A stretch of 64,000 bases of DNA from Octopus vulgaris (GCA_951406725.2 OX597815.1:78492001-78556000), one strand, 5' to 3'. Shown: positions 1 to 13,174, counted from the stretch's first letter. Numbers and translations: made by a program. The notes: a model not told the origin generated them from the sequence alone.

Positions 1-37
1 GCTTACTTTCTCTCTCCTTCCCTCTTTCTCTTTCTCA

Positions 38-72
<35 letters not shown>

Positions 73-111
73 TTTCTCTCTCTCACCCCCTCTCTCTCTT
101 TTTCTCCCCCC

Positions 112-149
<38 letters not shown>

Positions 150-275
150 TTGCCTCTCAGTCTCTCTGCTTCTCTTTTCTCTCTCTCCCCTACTCTCTCC
201 CTTTCTGTCCCTCTCCCCAGCCTCTCTCTCCCTCTCACTCGCTCATTTCTGTTCCTCTTTCTTTCTTTCTTTCTT

Positions 276-311
<36 letters not shown>

Positions 312-330
312 TCTCTCTCTCCCTCTTCTT
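1..330. repeat. (CT)n-rich polypyrimidine tract with embedded (TA)n
   Basis: Visible CT/TC dinucleotide runs, with (TA)n at about 128-149. Confidence 0.95.
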
Positions 331-1020
331 ATGGCTTAGTCAGACGGTGAAAACAGCGTCCATGACCATTTTCCGTGCTTCTGAGATGACGAGAGGAAGA
401 TAAGGAGTTACCCGATGACCAAAGAACCTGGTCCAAATGTTATAAAACTGTGTACTCCACTGAAGTCGCTTAAAAGCCGAGTAGTGTGCTTTTGACGCCA
501 GGTGACGGACCAAGTCTACTACTCGAGAAAAATACTGTTCCTCCGACATGCTTCTGTGCAGTTTCTCTCAACCAAATTTTCTCCCAGAAGGATTTGGCCA
601 TGCATTGAGAACGCATACATCAATCAGTGTATATTCTTGTGGACTAAAGTGGTGGTTCTCCCGTCAGTGGTTTTTCCATCAGTACATTGGTTCGTACGGT
701 AAGGCCAATGATTCGCTGAGGAGGTCTAATAAGTCTGGTGTATGCCCGGGGTTGACTTTCGTCTTTCCCGAAAAAATCAAAGTAATCACCAGTTTCGAAT
801 GTTTTACCCTCACTGCATAAATTTTTCCCTTTTTTTTTTTTTCATCTAACTTTTGATGCTCCCTTTTTTAAAAATGTCGACGCTCACTTAACTTTTGTTT
901 GTTCATACAGATGAACAAACAATGAGTAATTTATTCTGAATTTTACTAAATATATATATAATTTTTTCTATCTGTATATTTAGATGTACGACTTTTACTG
1001 GTGAATTTAGAGTATTACGT

Positions 1021-1410
1021 GGGAGTGGAAGCACTCCGTCGGTTACGACGACGAGGGTTCCGGTTGATCCGAATCAACAGAACAGCCTGCTCGTGAAATT
1101 AACGTGTAAGTGCCTGAGCACTCCACAGACACGTGTACCCTTAACGTAGTTCTCGGGGATATTCAGCGTGACACAGAGAGTGACAAGGCCGGCCCTTTGA
1201 AATACAGGTACAACAGAAACAGGAAGTAAGAGTGAGAGAAAGTTGTGGTGAAAGAGTACAGCAGGGATCACCACCATCCCCTGCCGGAGCCTCGTGGAGC
1301 TTTAGGTGTTTTCGCTCAATAAACACTCACGACGCCCGGTCTGGGAATCGAAACCGCGATCCTATGACCGCGAGTCCGCTGCCCTAACCACTGGACCATT
1401 GCGCCTCCAC
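1021..1410 (-). mobile_element. Full-length tRNA-derived SINE (family C, octopus OR-type-like) with 13-bp TSD
   Basis: The minus strand starts GTGGAGGCGCAATGGTCCAGTGGTTAGGGC (A box) and continues to GGTTTCGATTCCC (B box). It is flanked by the exact direct repeat TAGAGTATTACGT at 1008-1020 and 1411-1423. Confidence 0.92.
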
Positions 1411-2565
1411 TAGAGTATTACGTAGAGTATCGACGTCCTGCTTACTTCCTAGTGTGGTTACTACTGATCTGTATAAATACTATTTGATCTGTATAAATGG
1501 AATGTAATAAGGTGTTATCCTGAAGACCTGTTGAACTGTTGCAGATCAACATCCAACTGCTCTTTGAACACTCACTACATAGAATACATATAACCACAAT
1601 GATGGAATGTATTTCGGAAATAAATGGTATAAGCTGCATCTTATTATTATTATCCATTTTCCTAAGTAAATATATACGGATGTATTTTACTTAGTAAGTT
1701 TGAACTCAAAACGTAAAGACGCCACTAAGCTGGGAAGTTTTCCCCTTGCTTTGTAATGTACATACAAATATTTTTCAGTGTTAGAACGTTTTTCGTCAAT
1801 CTTTCCAAATCTACATAAGGGACTCCACTTGTTAGGGTTTCTGTATTCACAGGTTTGGGCAAGGTTTTTTGTGTGTGTGTGTGGAAGGCTGGTAGTTAAC
1901 TATGTATGCAAACTTTCCCACCACTAAAATTGTCCAAGGAAAAGACCAACTTGGTACCCGATACATCCTGGCTCCAGTGTAATTGCAGACGTTAACTCAG
2001 AGCGCTAAGGGCCTGAACAGACTCCGCAAGACACCCCTATCCAATACTCTAACAATTCCATCCTTCCACTACCCTGAAGTGTAAATTTTTTATAGATCCC
2101 GAAAGGATGAAAGACAAAGCTGACCTCAGCGGGAGTTGAAAGAGATACCTGGAGACATTGTATCCAGTACTCTAGCGATTATATCAATTCCCCATCTTAT
2201 AGTTGAAGATGTTTTTGTAACTTTCAAACAGATCTTGCGCAACACACAATCGGTTAGTTTAATCAATTTTAATACAGAATCTAATTCTATAGAAAATTAA
2301 TTAATATAGTGTAAGAAGTTTGCTTGATAGTCATGAGGACCTGGTTTTGATTCCATTACGCAGCATCTTGAACAGGTGTCTTCTTCCATTGCTTCAGGTT
2401 GATCCTATTCTTTTTAATGCATTCGGGCCAACGGAAATTTTGTAGAAAGTAGTCAAATGACCTGTACGAGTAATTCAAACACCGATTTTGCTTAAGGAGT
2501 ACGTTTAAGAGTACAAATGTTTGTGGAATACTCAACTGCTAACACAATAATTCAAGGAATATCTA

Positions 2566-3092
2566 CGAGGGACGTTCAATAAGTAATGCCTCTGACCTAC
2601 TTGCAGTTGTTTTATCTAGCTGAAATTTTGCATGTGCAATTATTTATATCTCTATAAATTAAGTGGCAAATTACAGCTCTGAAATAATTGTGGTTTCTGA
2701 TTTACAGGTGTTTGAACTGAGTCAAGTGTGAAATGGAGCCTGTTGAGTGGCGAGCAGTGATCCGGTTTTTGTATTTGAAAGGACGCACACCACGGAAGAC
2801 TTTTGATGAAATGAAAGTAACTTATGGTGATGATGCCCCATCATATGACCTTGTAAAACCCTGGCATAGTGAATTCAAACATGGTCGGAACTCTGTGGAA
2901 ACAGCTCCCAGATCTGGTCACCCCCTTCTGCCATTGATGAGGCATCTGTCCGTCAAGTTGAGGCTGCCATTTTGGAAGATCGACGCATAACTATTCGCCA
3001 AATAGCCCATGAGGTCAAGATTAATACCGGGTCTGTGGAAACTATCATTCATGACCATCTGCACATGCAAAAGGTGTCTGCCAGATGGATTC
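2566..3092 (+). mobile_element. Mariner transposon, 5' portion (left TIR plus N-terminal HTH of transposase), frameshifted and truncated
   Basis: TA|CGAGGGACGTTCAATAAGTAATG TIR-like start. ORF 2733-2990 reads MEPVEWRAVIRFLYLKG..YGDDAPSY..W..EFKHGR.SVE.APRSGHP, and after a frameshift ILEDRRITIRQIAHEVKI..GSVETIIHDHLHMQKVSARWI (mariner WVP-linker region). Confidence 0.9.
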
Positions 3093-3694
3093 TCATTACA
3101 TCATATTTCCACATGTAATATCAATTTTAGACTCTGCTACAAGTTGAAATGCGATATCTCCTGTTACATAAAATTCCTACATGCGCTAGTGACATATTTT
3201 CTCACTGTAGTAGTTCCAACATCCTTAATTTATGGGATGTCTACTACATACTTTAAATGAGTCTAATTTTTATTAATTCTTCTTCAATATATCTGCTATT
3301 TCTAGCAGGTCGAGCGACCACGTGGAGTCTCAATCATTGGCTCGTGTTTATCTGATTTATAGGACCGTATAATCAGATTTATAGGACCTTTCTGGAGGGA
3401 ATTAGTGGTTTTAATGAAATGTCAAAGTTTCAAGCTTTTTATTAACCCTTAAACAGCGAAATTATATTCTATAGTTATTCCAGTAATGATGTAAGATATC
3501 TACCAAAAAATAGAATTGGTATTTTCTTCAGGCCACGCTGCCTCAGTAAACTTGACATATCTCAAAAAAAAAATTGTTTCAAACATTAAATTCCTCAACA
3601 AAAGAGAGATTGGTATATAAAACTGTTTTCCGCTGTTTAAGGGTAATGAAATTTTGAGTGGATATATCTAATTTCCGCAGTAAAAGGAAATTCG

Positions 3695-3812
3695 AAAGAG
3701 AGAGACACACACACACAAAGGCAAAAACAATACAAGAGAGAGACACAAAGGCAAAGCGAGAGAGAGACACAAAGGCAAAGTGAGAGAGAGACACACAGAA
3801 ACAAAGCGAGAG
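3695..3812. repeat. Short minisatellite (~20-24 bp, GAGAGAGACACAAAGGCAAA-like)
   Basis: Four to five degenerate tandem units are visible. Confidence 0.75.
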
Positions 3813-4082
3813 ATCGAAACCTGATCGCACTGTCGTCGTAATATGTCATGTGGCGTTAATCTTACGTCTCATCTACGACACCTGCTACTTCACTCCTAAA
3901 AATAATGAATAAACAAACAATAAGAAACTCAAGTGGTCACTGGATTGACAACAGTGGACACAAGTAAGGAGTGGAAATTATAACATCAGGACTGGTGACC
4001 TTAACGTCACATTGACAGCAATAGCAGGATCTGATGACAACAGGAATTACAATAGAACCATCCTAACTCAAACTAAAAGTAT

Positions 4083-4270
<188 letters not shown>

Positions 4271-4616
4271 GTTTAGCTTTAAGCATACGTTCGCCTTGGG
4301 AGCAATGCCGTCTTAAAGAATGGGCACTTTAGGTAGTTTCCCAGGATGGAGCTTCATGAGTCTAGGGACCCAATTCTGATCTATGCATGTTGTGGCGCTT
4401 GCTGTTAATAAATAAAACACTGTACATTGATTTGTCCAATGTAGTTATCTACACTACTGATATGACCCTACGTGGTAAGGGATGCTATGTGATACCCACT
4501 TATAGGCAAGCTAAATTTAGACATCTTAACAAGAATGACTTTGTTTCAAACTTTTCGCAAGGAGAAAAACCTGCAGATGTGGAATATAGTGTCTATTACA
4601 ATATACGACCAGGACT

Positions 4617-5060
4617 AGTTATATATATAAATATATATATATAAAAGAGAGATTCTGTCCGTTTGTGTATTTGTTTGTTCCATAAAGTGAAAGTAAATGG
4701 TTCAAGGGAAGCAACATTAATTGTGCACAAACCTATGACGAACTGCACTGAGACAAAATTTTCTCACTGGTTGTGGTAAACGTCCCACAAAGTGAAAGTA
4801 AATTTACAAGGGAGGTAACACTAATTGTGCACAAATCTATGACGAACTGCACTGAGGCAAATATTCTCACTGATTGTGGTAAAAGTGACACCGTGTTCGT
4901 TCCTCGAATACCAGTTATACCATCTAATGTCCCATTCAAATTTAAGCCCTTACAGTTTCCTATCCCACTTTCCTTTGTCACGAGCATTAATAAAAGTCAG
5001 GGCCAAACACTAAAAGTTGCTGGATTGCAACTTGAAGAACTTACAGAAATACGTATATGA
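4617..5060 (+). mobile_element. Helitron relic (PIF1-type helicase C-terminal fragment) with internal ~104-bp tandem duplication
   Basis: ORF 4773-5060 reads ILTDCGKSDTVFVPRIPVIPSNVPFKFKPLQFPIPLSFVTSINKSQGQTLKVAGL, the Helitron RepHel PRI...QFP...TINKSQGQT motif. Unit 4684-4780 is repeated at 4788-4883. Confidence 0.88.
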
Positions 5061-5898
5061 AATCCATCTATTTTCTACTTCTCTTATATTATACACACAT
5101 ACAGGACAAGTAAACCTAAATATGACTGACAGGAAAAACCACTGACGGGAGAACCACCACTTTAGTCCACAAGAATATACACTGATTTGTAATTTCATTG
5201 GACTATTACTTATTGTTGCCTTGCCTTCCATTCCTGTAATATAGCGTCGGAATTGCAGCACTAACATTGACAGGACACATTTGTAATTTCATTTCACTAT
5301 TACTGATATTTCTAATAAAAAAAATCTCCTAAAAAAAGACCGTCAAAAAGCGAACACCAAGCAAACGCACAACGTGCAGCAGAAAACGAGGATGAGACAC
5401 GCGCAAACCTAAATCTGTAGTCGTAGTGTCACTCTGGTCCCGATCCGAAACAGAATCTTTCAATTCTCCTTGGGCATGTGGCCTACTCCAATGTCAAAAG
5501 AAACCATGACAAATGGGTCTTCCACTTCACACAGTCACATCGCACAGTCACCTTCATTCCTTAAAGCTATTCTTCTATATGATTTCGCTATTCTAGCTTC
5601 ATTCACGATATACCACCTATTCAAACGTCAAAAGGAACAGTGACAAATGGATGTCTCACTTGACCTGAAGCCTTTTCAGTGCCATCGCAGTCACCTGGAT
5701 TCCCATTGCCTCGTCGCCGTAATTTGGGCCTCCATCGTTATTCTTAAATATTTTAAAACTTAGGACCAAAAAACTTCAAAGCTTTGGGTGTTATTTGGCT
5801 GTTGCCACTTGTAGAAAATGTCTTTTACTTTCTTCGTGGTGCTGATAATAATTTTGGAGCGATTTGCAATCTAGGAAAGAAAGCCTTAATGGAATATG

Positions 5899-6766
5899 TA
5901 GGGTGTTCGGGCTAAATTTGACAATATTTAATGTCTTCTTTTTTCAGGAACAGCTTGAAGTATTGGTGAACAGTCAACGGTGTTGGAGTGTATGAAGATT
6001 AAAATTGCGATCGAGAAAAAGTTAGCTGATATGGAGGACTGGAAGCCATCTGAATATTGGAAAAGAGTTACCTGTATCGTGATGATTCATGTCGGGTATC
6101 AAAATGCTGACGTCATGACTGCTGCTCAATGCTCTGTGAATACTGTAAAGGCTGTAAGACGTAACAAGGACAGGCTCAATGAAGATTACGAAGCCATGGC
6201 CAGCAGGAAGGAACACAGCGGGTGTTCTGCGTTCACATGCCGAAATTCGTTCCCACATTTTTGAACAGGGACTTAAGCTCGATTCAGAGGGCTTTGTAAA
6301 GCTGCTGGAAAGTGTGGTCGATTCCTGGTAGGAAAGGGTTGCTGCTGGAAAACCATATGTGTGGCAGTAGAATTCGGTTCTTTGCCATACTTCCGGAAAG
6401 AGTCAGGCGTGGTTGTCGGTGAATATGTACGACTTCACCAGCTTCAATTACTGGTCTCCTAATTCCTACGATTGTATCCCCATGAGTTACTATGTGTGGG
6501 ATGCGGTTGAGAAAGACATCAACCGCTCTGCCTGCAACACCAAGCCGAGCTGGTGGCCAAGTACAAGGAAGTGTTTGAACATCTTTCTAGGGACACAGCG
6601 AAGAACATTTATGGAGCCGTTTAGTGTTGGAAGCTGAGAGTGGTTACTTTGAGTAAACTATCTCTCAACCTTAGTCGCGTTGACATTTTAAATTTTTTTT
6701 AAATACAATTTTGTTTGAATGGGATATTATTTTCCTTTAATCCAGACTGTCAAATTTAGCTTAAAC

Positions 6767-6772
<6 letters not shown>
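5899..6772 (+). mobile_element. Internally deleted Tc1/mariner-superfamily element, DD37D (maT)-type, both TIRs present
   Basis: TIRs are AGGGTGTTCGGGCTAAATTTGACA and TGTCAAATTTAGCTTAAACA. It has an N-terminal HTH-like ORF (5980-6264) and C-terminal PYVWQ...WSPNSYDCIPMSYYVWDAVEK (degenerate WPPNSPDxNPxDYYVW). Confidence 0.85.
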
Positions 6773-6831
<59 letters not shown>

Positions 6832-6869
6832 ATACATATATATATACATATATACATACATACATACAT

Positions 6870-6912
<43 letters not shown>

Positions 6913-6947
6913 GGCACACACACACACACACACATATACATATATAT
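6770..6947. repeat. Compound microsatellite (TA)n/(TACA)n/(CAGA)n/(CA)n
   Basis: Direct reading. Confidence 0.95.
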
Positions 6948-7597
6948 TCGGTGTACACAATTGAAACAGCTTTAAATTAAAATAGCCAGCTATGTATCCT
7001 ACTTAACGTATATATACACTGATGACAGGGATTATATTGTGGGATTTTGTCTGAAAGAAAATTTATTCATTGACTTGCTGTGTTGAAAGCACGATATACA
7101 AGCGTTGCATAAAATAATAGAAACAACTTGTTAAATGGACGTTTTTTTTTATCTAATACGGAGTCGGTCCTTTGGCATCAATTATAGCTTTAATACATCG
7201 AAGAATTTACTTTTACTGGTTCTGAACGGTTGTTAGAGGAATTTTGAAAATTTATTCAATATATCTTTACTTTTAAAAGATAGTTCGCGTGTTAAAGGAG
7301 ATTGGCTGTTATTTCTTGAAGATCAAGCAACCCACATTGAGGTACTACACTCATTAACTAGGGTCCTATTTTGATAATTTATTGCGTAAGAACTGAACGC
7401 TGTCTCGTCCGTATATGAAGACATCGAAAATACAACAGGTTTTGTAGACATTTTACACTGGTTATTTCCCAAAGTGAATAGTAGAAAAATAGTTGAATAG
7501 AAAGCTTGATGAGTCAACAGAGGAACTCTTGTACGGCTGCCCAATCTACTAGAAACAGTAGCCAAATCCCATAAAATTGAATAATTATTATACTCTA

Positions 7598-7850
7598 GTG
7601 AAGGTGCATGGATCGGTGCTTAGGGCGTCGGGATCACGATCATAAGGTAGGGAGTTGTGTCCTTGAGCAAGACACTTTATTTCACGTTGCTCCAGTTCAC
7701 TTGGATAACATCAGTGACGTGGAGAGGGGAGATTGGTATGTACTGGCGACTGCTGGTCTTCGATAAAAACAGCCTTGCCGGGACTTGTGCCTCGGAGGGG
7801 AATTTTCTAGGTGTAATCTCTAGGTCATTCATGACCGAAGTGGTTGGGGA
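7598..7850 (+). mobile_element. Degenerate tRNA-derived SINE with CORE-like segment (family C-related)
   Basis: GTGAAGGTGCATGG...TTAGGGCGTCGG head, followed by GTGTCCTTGAGCAAGACACTTTATTTCACGTTGCTCCAG, which is shared with the copies at 41538 and 47571. Confidence 0.7.
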
Positions 7851-8397
7851 GTCTTTATTGTACTCTACCACAGCCTCTGCTTTGTCTTTATACCATTTTT
7901 CTGCTACTTTGAATCCACATACTTGTCTAACGTTCCAATGCAGTCTTTTAATGACGCAGTCATGCCTTTGCTTATACTCTTCTTGAGCTAGCTTACTGCA
8001 TTCACTTAAGATATGATTGATACGTTTGTTTCCTTTCTCATATGAACTCTCTTTTTTATGAATCTACATCAGACCATCTTTAAAAAATTAAGGATGCAGG
8101 CCGATAATAAAGTTTAACTGAGGACTGAATACCGAAGTGTCTTCAAATCGTCTTCTCTTGAAATAAGCTGACAAAACAGAATTTATTTATACTCGTCTTT
8201 AAGCTTATTTAGCCCCATTTACCTCAGATCCGGCAGGTAGTACTGTTGATGGGATTCGGGGGATTTGGCTGCTTTTTCTAGCCAGCCGAGTAACCACTTA
8301 GAGGCTCATTCGCTGGTTGAAGTAGTTGCGCACGTGTAAGAAATTATATATGAATGCAGCGAGATATAGCGGAATGAAATATTGGATGAAATATGAG

Positions 8398-8770
8398 TGT
8401 GTGGTTTCGGGTTCAGTCTCGCTGTGAAGCACCTTGGACAACTTAGACAAGCGTCTTCTACTATAACTCCGGACTGACCATTGCCTTTTGAGTGAATTTG
8501 GTAGGCGAAAACTGCGTTGTAGCTCATCGCACATGTATATATAAGGGGGGCATTGTGAGTAGGTATCTTTTTACTTGTCCCCTCATCACCGCTTGACAAC
8601 CGGTGTTGGTTTGTTTACATCCCCGTATCTAGCGATTCTGCAAAAGGCACCGTTAGAATAAATCCCAGACTTTAAAAAAATGTACTGGGGTCCATTTGTT
8701 CAACTTAAAACCTTCAAAGCAGTGCCCCAGCATGGCTACAGTGCAATGATTGAAACGAGGAAGTGAAGAG
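8398..8770 (+). mobile_element. Old SINE family A copy
   Basis: Diverged match to the copies at 13053 and 22032 (GGGTTCAGTC..., GCTTGACAACCG.TGTTGGT, CCAGCATGGC.ACAGT..AATGA.TGAAAC). Confidence 0.8.
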
Positions 8771-9389
8771 TGGGTGTCAGTGAAAACATAAGTTGTCTGA
8801 TATTTTTAATGGAACTCAAATCGAAAAAGTACTTAGACATTCATTTCTGATTGTTTGAAGATTGAGCTGGAAATATAAGGACGTTAAAACCAATGCAAAG
8901 CGGGGAGTGACACTCGATACTAGATGTCAAATACAGGTCAAGTGTTGAAGAAGTAGTTACATTCTACACTCCTCACCAACTCAAATCTCGACCACCACAT
9001 TTTGGATTACTCTTTGTTTTATATTTTAATGAGGTCGACTCCATCTTAGAAGAGGAATAATTGTTTTGTTTTTGTATTTGGTTTGCAGAATTCTCGAGGT
9101 GAACTCATGTGTTGAAACATATTTTGCTGTATTTTGGGCGGGTCATTGTGCCAATAAAAAGTGGTTCTGTTTCACTTCTTTTATTATTAGTAGTAGCATA
9201 TTTGTTAACATTCAACCAATTAACTAATCAGTGTTTAGCATGCACCTATAGACAGGAGAACATTTCAGCGAATGCTTGGTGGTCAGAGTCATCCTGGATC
9301 TATGGGGTTCCCTGATTGGCCCTAGTTAGAGTTTCTCCTGTATCAGGAGAGCTACATCATAGATATGTTCAAATATTTATGTGTACTAT

Positions 9390-10150
9390 GTATACTTTTA
9401 TACCTAAGGCATTCTACAGTGGATTTGTGGCGGGTAAGAGCGACGACGTTTACTGGAGATGCCCTAGGCATCAATGGAAATCACCTAGCTGGTTTTTCCC
9501 GGAGCCCATGGATAACTTCCGAAAATCCCTGGTCATGGCAGTGTTACTGAGGGGCATTGCCGGTTCGAAATAAACTCTACAGGAATGTTAGTGTCTCAAC
9601 CACGCCTACATTAACGACGAAACCGCTCTGTACGCACTTGTACAGTGCTCGACCATTGCTGACTTGTTATGTCGAAAACCTACTGTCGCGTGTAGGACGG
9701 ACCCGGCAATCAGCCGACTCTCCTTATTGTGAAGATCGTTCACTCGCCTTCCTTTAGCCGAGAAAGGCAGGCAGTTTTTCTGTTTGGTGGCAATGGAGAA
9801 AGAGGTTGTACATGGACGGCTGGAGGATTGAAGATGGGCGCTTTCCTCTTTGGACAAGCTCTCAACTTTTTCAGGTTCCACTTGAAAAGGAAAATGAGGG
9901 TGAAGAGAGAAGTGCAGTGTTTCAGTACATTTGTTGAAAGGTGGGTGAATGTGACAAAATGGTTCGAGTGAACGGGCCTACACAAAGCGTGCACCTGTAA
10001 ACCAATAGAAGACGATGAGGAGAGGTAAGTTGCCTTAGTGGTCAGAGCGACCATGGTTATGTGGGGTTTCCAAGAACTGCCCAAGGAAGTCTCCTCTCTG
10101 TGGAATTATTCATTCTTCGAATTTATATTATTACTCTTTTTCTTCTTTTT
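9390..10150 (+). mobile_element. Non-LTR retrotransposon 3' fragment, Tx1/L1-like (zf-RVT/C-terminal region), multiple frameshifts
   Basis: Across frames it reads MDNFRKSL(S)WQCY.GALPVRNKLYR..ETALYALVQC..YVENLLSRVGR...IVKIVHSPSFSRERQAVFL...LNFFRFHLKRKMRVKRE...FVERW. It is homologous to the fragment at 59850-60270. Confidence 0.7.
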
Positions 10151-12267
10151 ACTCTAAGCAATCTGTCTGACACCACGACCGAACCACAATAGTTTCACGT
10201 GATCGGTCATTAAGCAACCAGTCAACGTGAAGCCGTCGCGTGATTCAATCTTCTAGAATCTTCTCGTACCCTATAAAAGAGATGCTTTTGGTGCTTACAG
10301 TCTTTGCAGAATGTTGAGACAGTTGAGCGACATGTATCTCTATTCTTGCCATCCGACAACCAAACGGTCGAGGCAGGCAACCCAAGAAGACGGCCAAGAC
10401 AGACGGTTAAGATAGATGACCAGGAACCATCGTCGCCACGAAGATAGCACAATTGTTTTCAGATATGTTGGGCAAATCCTATTTTGCCGTCCCACTAGCT
10501 TTCTGTAATATCAGAGCAGTATCTCTCTCCCAGGCTGTAATTATCGCTATTGTTAACTCTAAATAGCCAACGTAGTTTGTCTTCATGAGTGACAATAAAC
10601 TTTTCTGTTAAATGTTCGCAGGTTTTCCACACAAAAGTTATCATTTAACCCAAGGCGGCCCTGTTCGAGCTGACCTTTGATCAAATACATTCCAGCCAAA
10701 ATCATTCATTCTGTTTTCCACTACTGTCTAGACCCGTTTGTAATATCTACTATGGACGGTAAGATGAGATTTGAGGATATTTGGCTGTTGTTCATATGAA
10801 CTCAAGGACACTTACAAGTTGCTTTGTTGGTTTGGTAACGAGTTGGTTTGGTGACAAGTAAACGGTATAGCACCCAACCATAACCTTTACATCTGCATGA
10901 ACATCTTTTTACGATAAAGTTCACACACACGCACGCGTGCGAATAACTCAATTAACGAAAATGCTATGCTTCATTGTTTTTTATTTTGCTCTCAGAAACA
11001 TCGTTATCACATGTATTGGAACACACCATGTGACTGACACAGTTCAATGACTGAACCAATAAAAGCAAAAGCGAAAGTACGTCTTCACTTTTTGTTGCTT
11101 CCCTATGGTCTTTACACATCAAGTCTTTATTAGAGAATACCGAATCAGTGCACCTCTTCGATCTACTGGAAGAGAAAACTTGCAGGTGAGCTAACGAGAA
11201 AGCCTCTGCATCAGGCATGGGTTGTCTTTTTTTGAGAAGTGGGCAGCGTGAGACACGGTTCACCATCAGGCGGGCTGCGTAAGTAAGAGAAAAAAAATTC
11301 AGGATTTTCCGTTTGGCGTGCCATTCAGAAAGTTTCACGAGCCTCAGTTTTCTCATGACATACAAGAAATAGCTGCCAAATATTCTTCAAACTCCATCCT
11401 TTCGTCATACAAAATAAAAATATATACAAAACTATATGACGAATGCTCTTATGTTAATTCACTTCGATTGAAGCTGACTTGTGGCTACCCAACAACAAAA
11501 GGGAACTAGTTCATGCATGTCGATATCAATCATGCGGTCAATAAAGAACTATTAAAGTTCTATAGTAGTGGTTTTTAACCGGGTTCTACATGACCCTTCG
11601 GGATCCACATAAGATTTTGCTGTATAAAATGTTATGTACAGTAAATTAGTTATACTTCCACAAAACACAAAATATTTTAACATTTTTGTATGCGATTCCT
11701 AATAATATTTAACTATAAAAATATAATGGGACTTTATAAAACATTGAATGTTCATAAGGGTTCAGTACAGTAAGATAAGAACCAAAGGGGATTAGTAGGC
11801 AAAAAATGGTTCACTATTCCATAGGTAGCCAGTGGGGTAACGCGAGGATGTATAAAGTCTGCAGACGCAAAGGGCGGATACTTTATATAGGTGTGTTTGA
11901 GGTAGTCGAAATTATGTTATGATTACGGAAAGGGGGTGGCCAATTTAACTACCGCATGCCGCGGCCAAAACTCACGATACATTGCTGAGGATGACAGTAT
12001 CAAGCGTAAAGAAGCTGTGTGTATATTTTTACATGGCAATACCCTTCATTTTCAGAGATTATCAACCAAACTTAACGACTGTAGTCTGCTACCCTCCCAG
12101 ATATAAGGCTGAGCACTCGCTCGGCTGACTCATCACATGGCAAATTTAGTGAGATCAAGAACACCGCAAAGTCTGGTTTAGTGGGATCAAAAAGACCGCA
12201 AGATCTGAAACGTCACGGGGGATGCAAAAGAGCATAGGATAATCAGCACATAACTATATGTATACAA

Positions 12268-12317
12268 GTGTGTGTGTGTGTGTGAATGTGTGTATGTATG
12301 TGTGTGTGCGCGCGCGC

Positions 12318-12390
<73 letters not shown>

Positions 12391-12401
12391 CGTGTGTGTG
12401 T
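12268..12401. repeat. (TG)n with (CG)n core
   Basis: Direct reading. Confidence 0.95.
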
Positions 12402-12539
12402 AAGAGAGAAAGTGGGAAGCAAAACAGCCCTGTCTGAAACGGTGCAAAAATCACCTCACCTACAAATGAAAATATTTATGAATCAACTCATTTTTTTCAC
12501 CTATTTTCTCCATGAGCCCTAACCCTATGAATACTGTCC

Positions 12540-12573
<34 letters not shown>

Positions 12574-12773
12574 AAAATGTGTATTGTGGTGATTTTTTTT
12601 CCTCCATCTTCCTTTTCTCTAGGACATTTCCCTGTCTCCTGTTTCTGAAGAAGGACTTTGCTCGAAATGAAATACTAACTTTCTTTCCCTCCCTGAGTGT
12701 CTGTTAATACTTCGCGTGTATCACGTCCTCGCGTTGTTGTTTTTTGCTTCTTGTGTTGTTTTTCTTTTGGGGG

Positions 12774-12824
<51 letters not shown>

Positions 12825-12871
12825 AAAGTGATGGTTTGTTGCCAACTTAATGTGGCAGTCCCATGAAATGC

Positions 12872-13052
12872 AAGAATGCTACCGCTATTTAGCCCCAGTA
12901 AACACCGTTTCCAGTTGGCCATGGAACATTTTCTGTGTCCTTATGTTTTCAAAGGAGGAGCACCTCCACCCAGCAAAACCAGCATCCGGAGAAAATGCTT
13001 CATGGTCAACAGGAAACGGTGTTTCCTAGGGCTAAATAGCAGTAGCATTCTT
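12872..13052. mobile_element. MITE-like foldback element, ~63-bp imperfect terminal inverted repeats
   Basis: AAGAATGCTACCGCTATTTAGCCCCAGTAAACACCGTTTCCAGTTGGCCATGGAACATTTTCT (12872-12934) is the imperfect reverse complement of 12990-13052. Confidence 0.7.
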
Positions 13053-13174
13053 CCCGGGTTCAGTCCCACTGCGTGGCACTTTGGGCAAGTGTCTTCTACT
13101 ATAGCCTCGGGCCGACCAAAGCCTTGAGTGGATTTGGTAGACGGAAACTGAAAGAAGCTCGTCGTATATATGCA

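Noticed and set aside
1335-1410. tRNA gene
   Set aside because: A and B boxes are present, but it is the head of a TSD-flanked SINE with related copies elsewhere in the window.
3695-3812. CRISPR-like repeat-spacer pattern
   Set aside because: These are contiguous low-complexity tandem units with no unique spacers and no cas genes, in a eukaryotic context.
10964-11365. 133-aa non-repetitive minus-strand ORF
   Set aside because: No recognisable motif or splice context. It may be TE debris and cannot be supported as a CDS.
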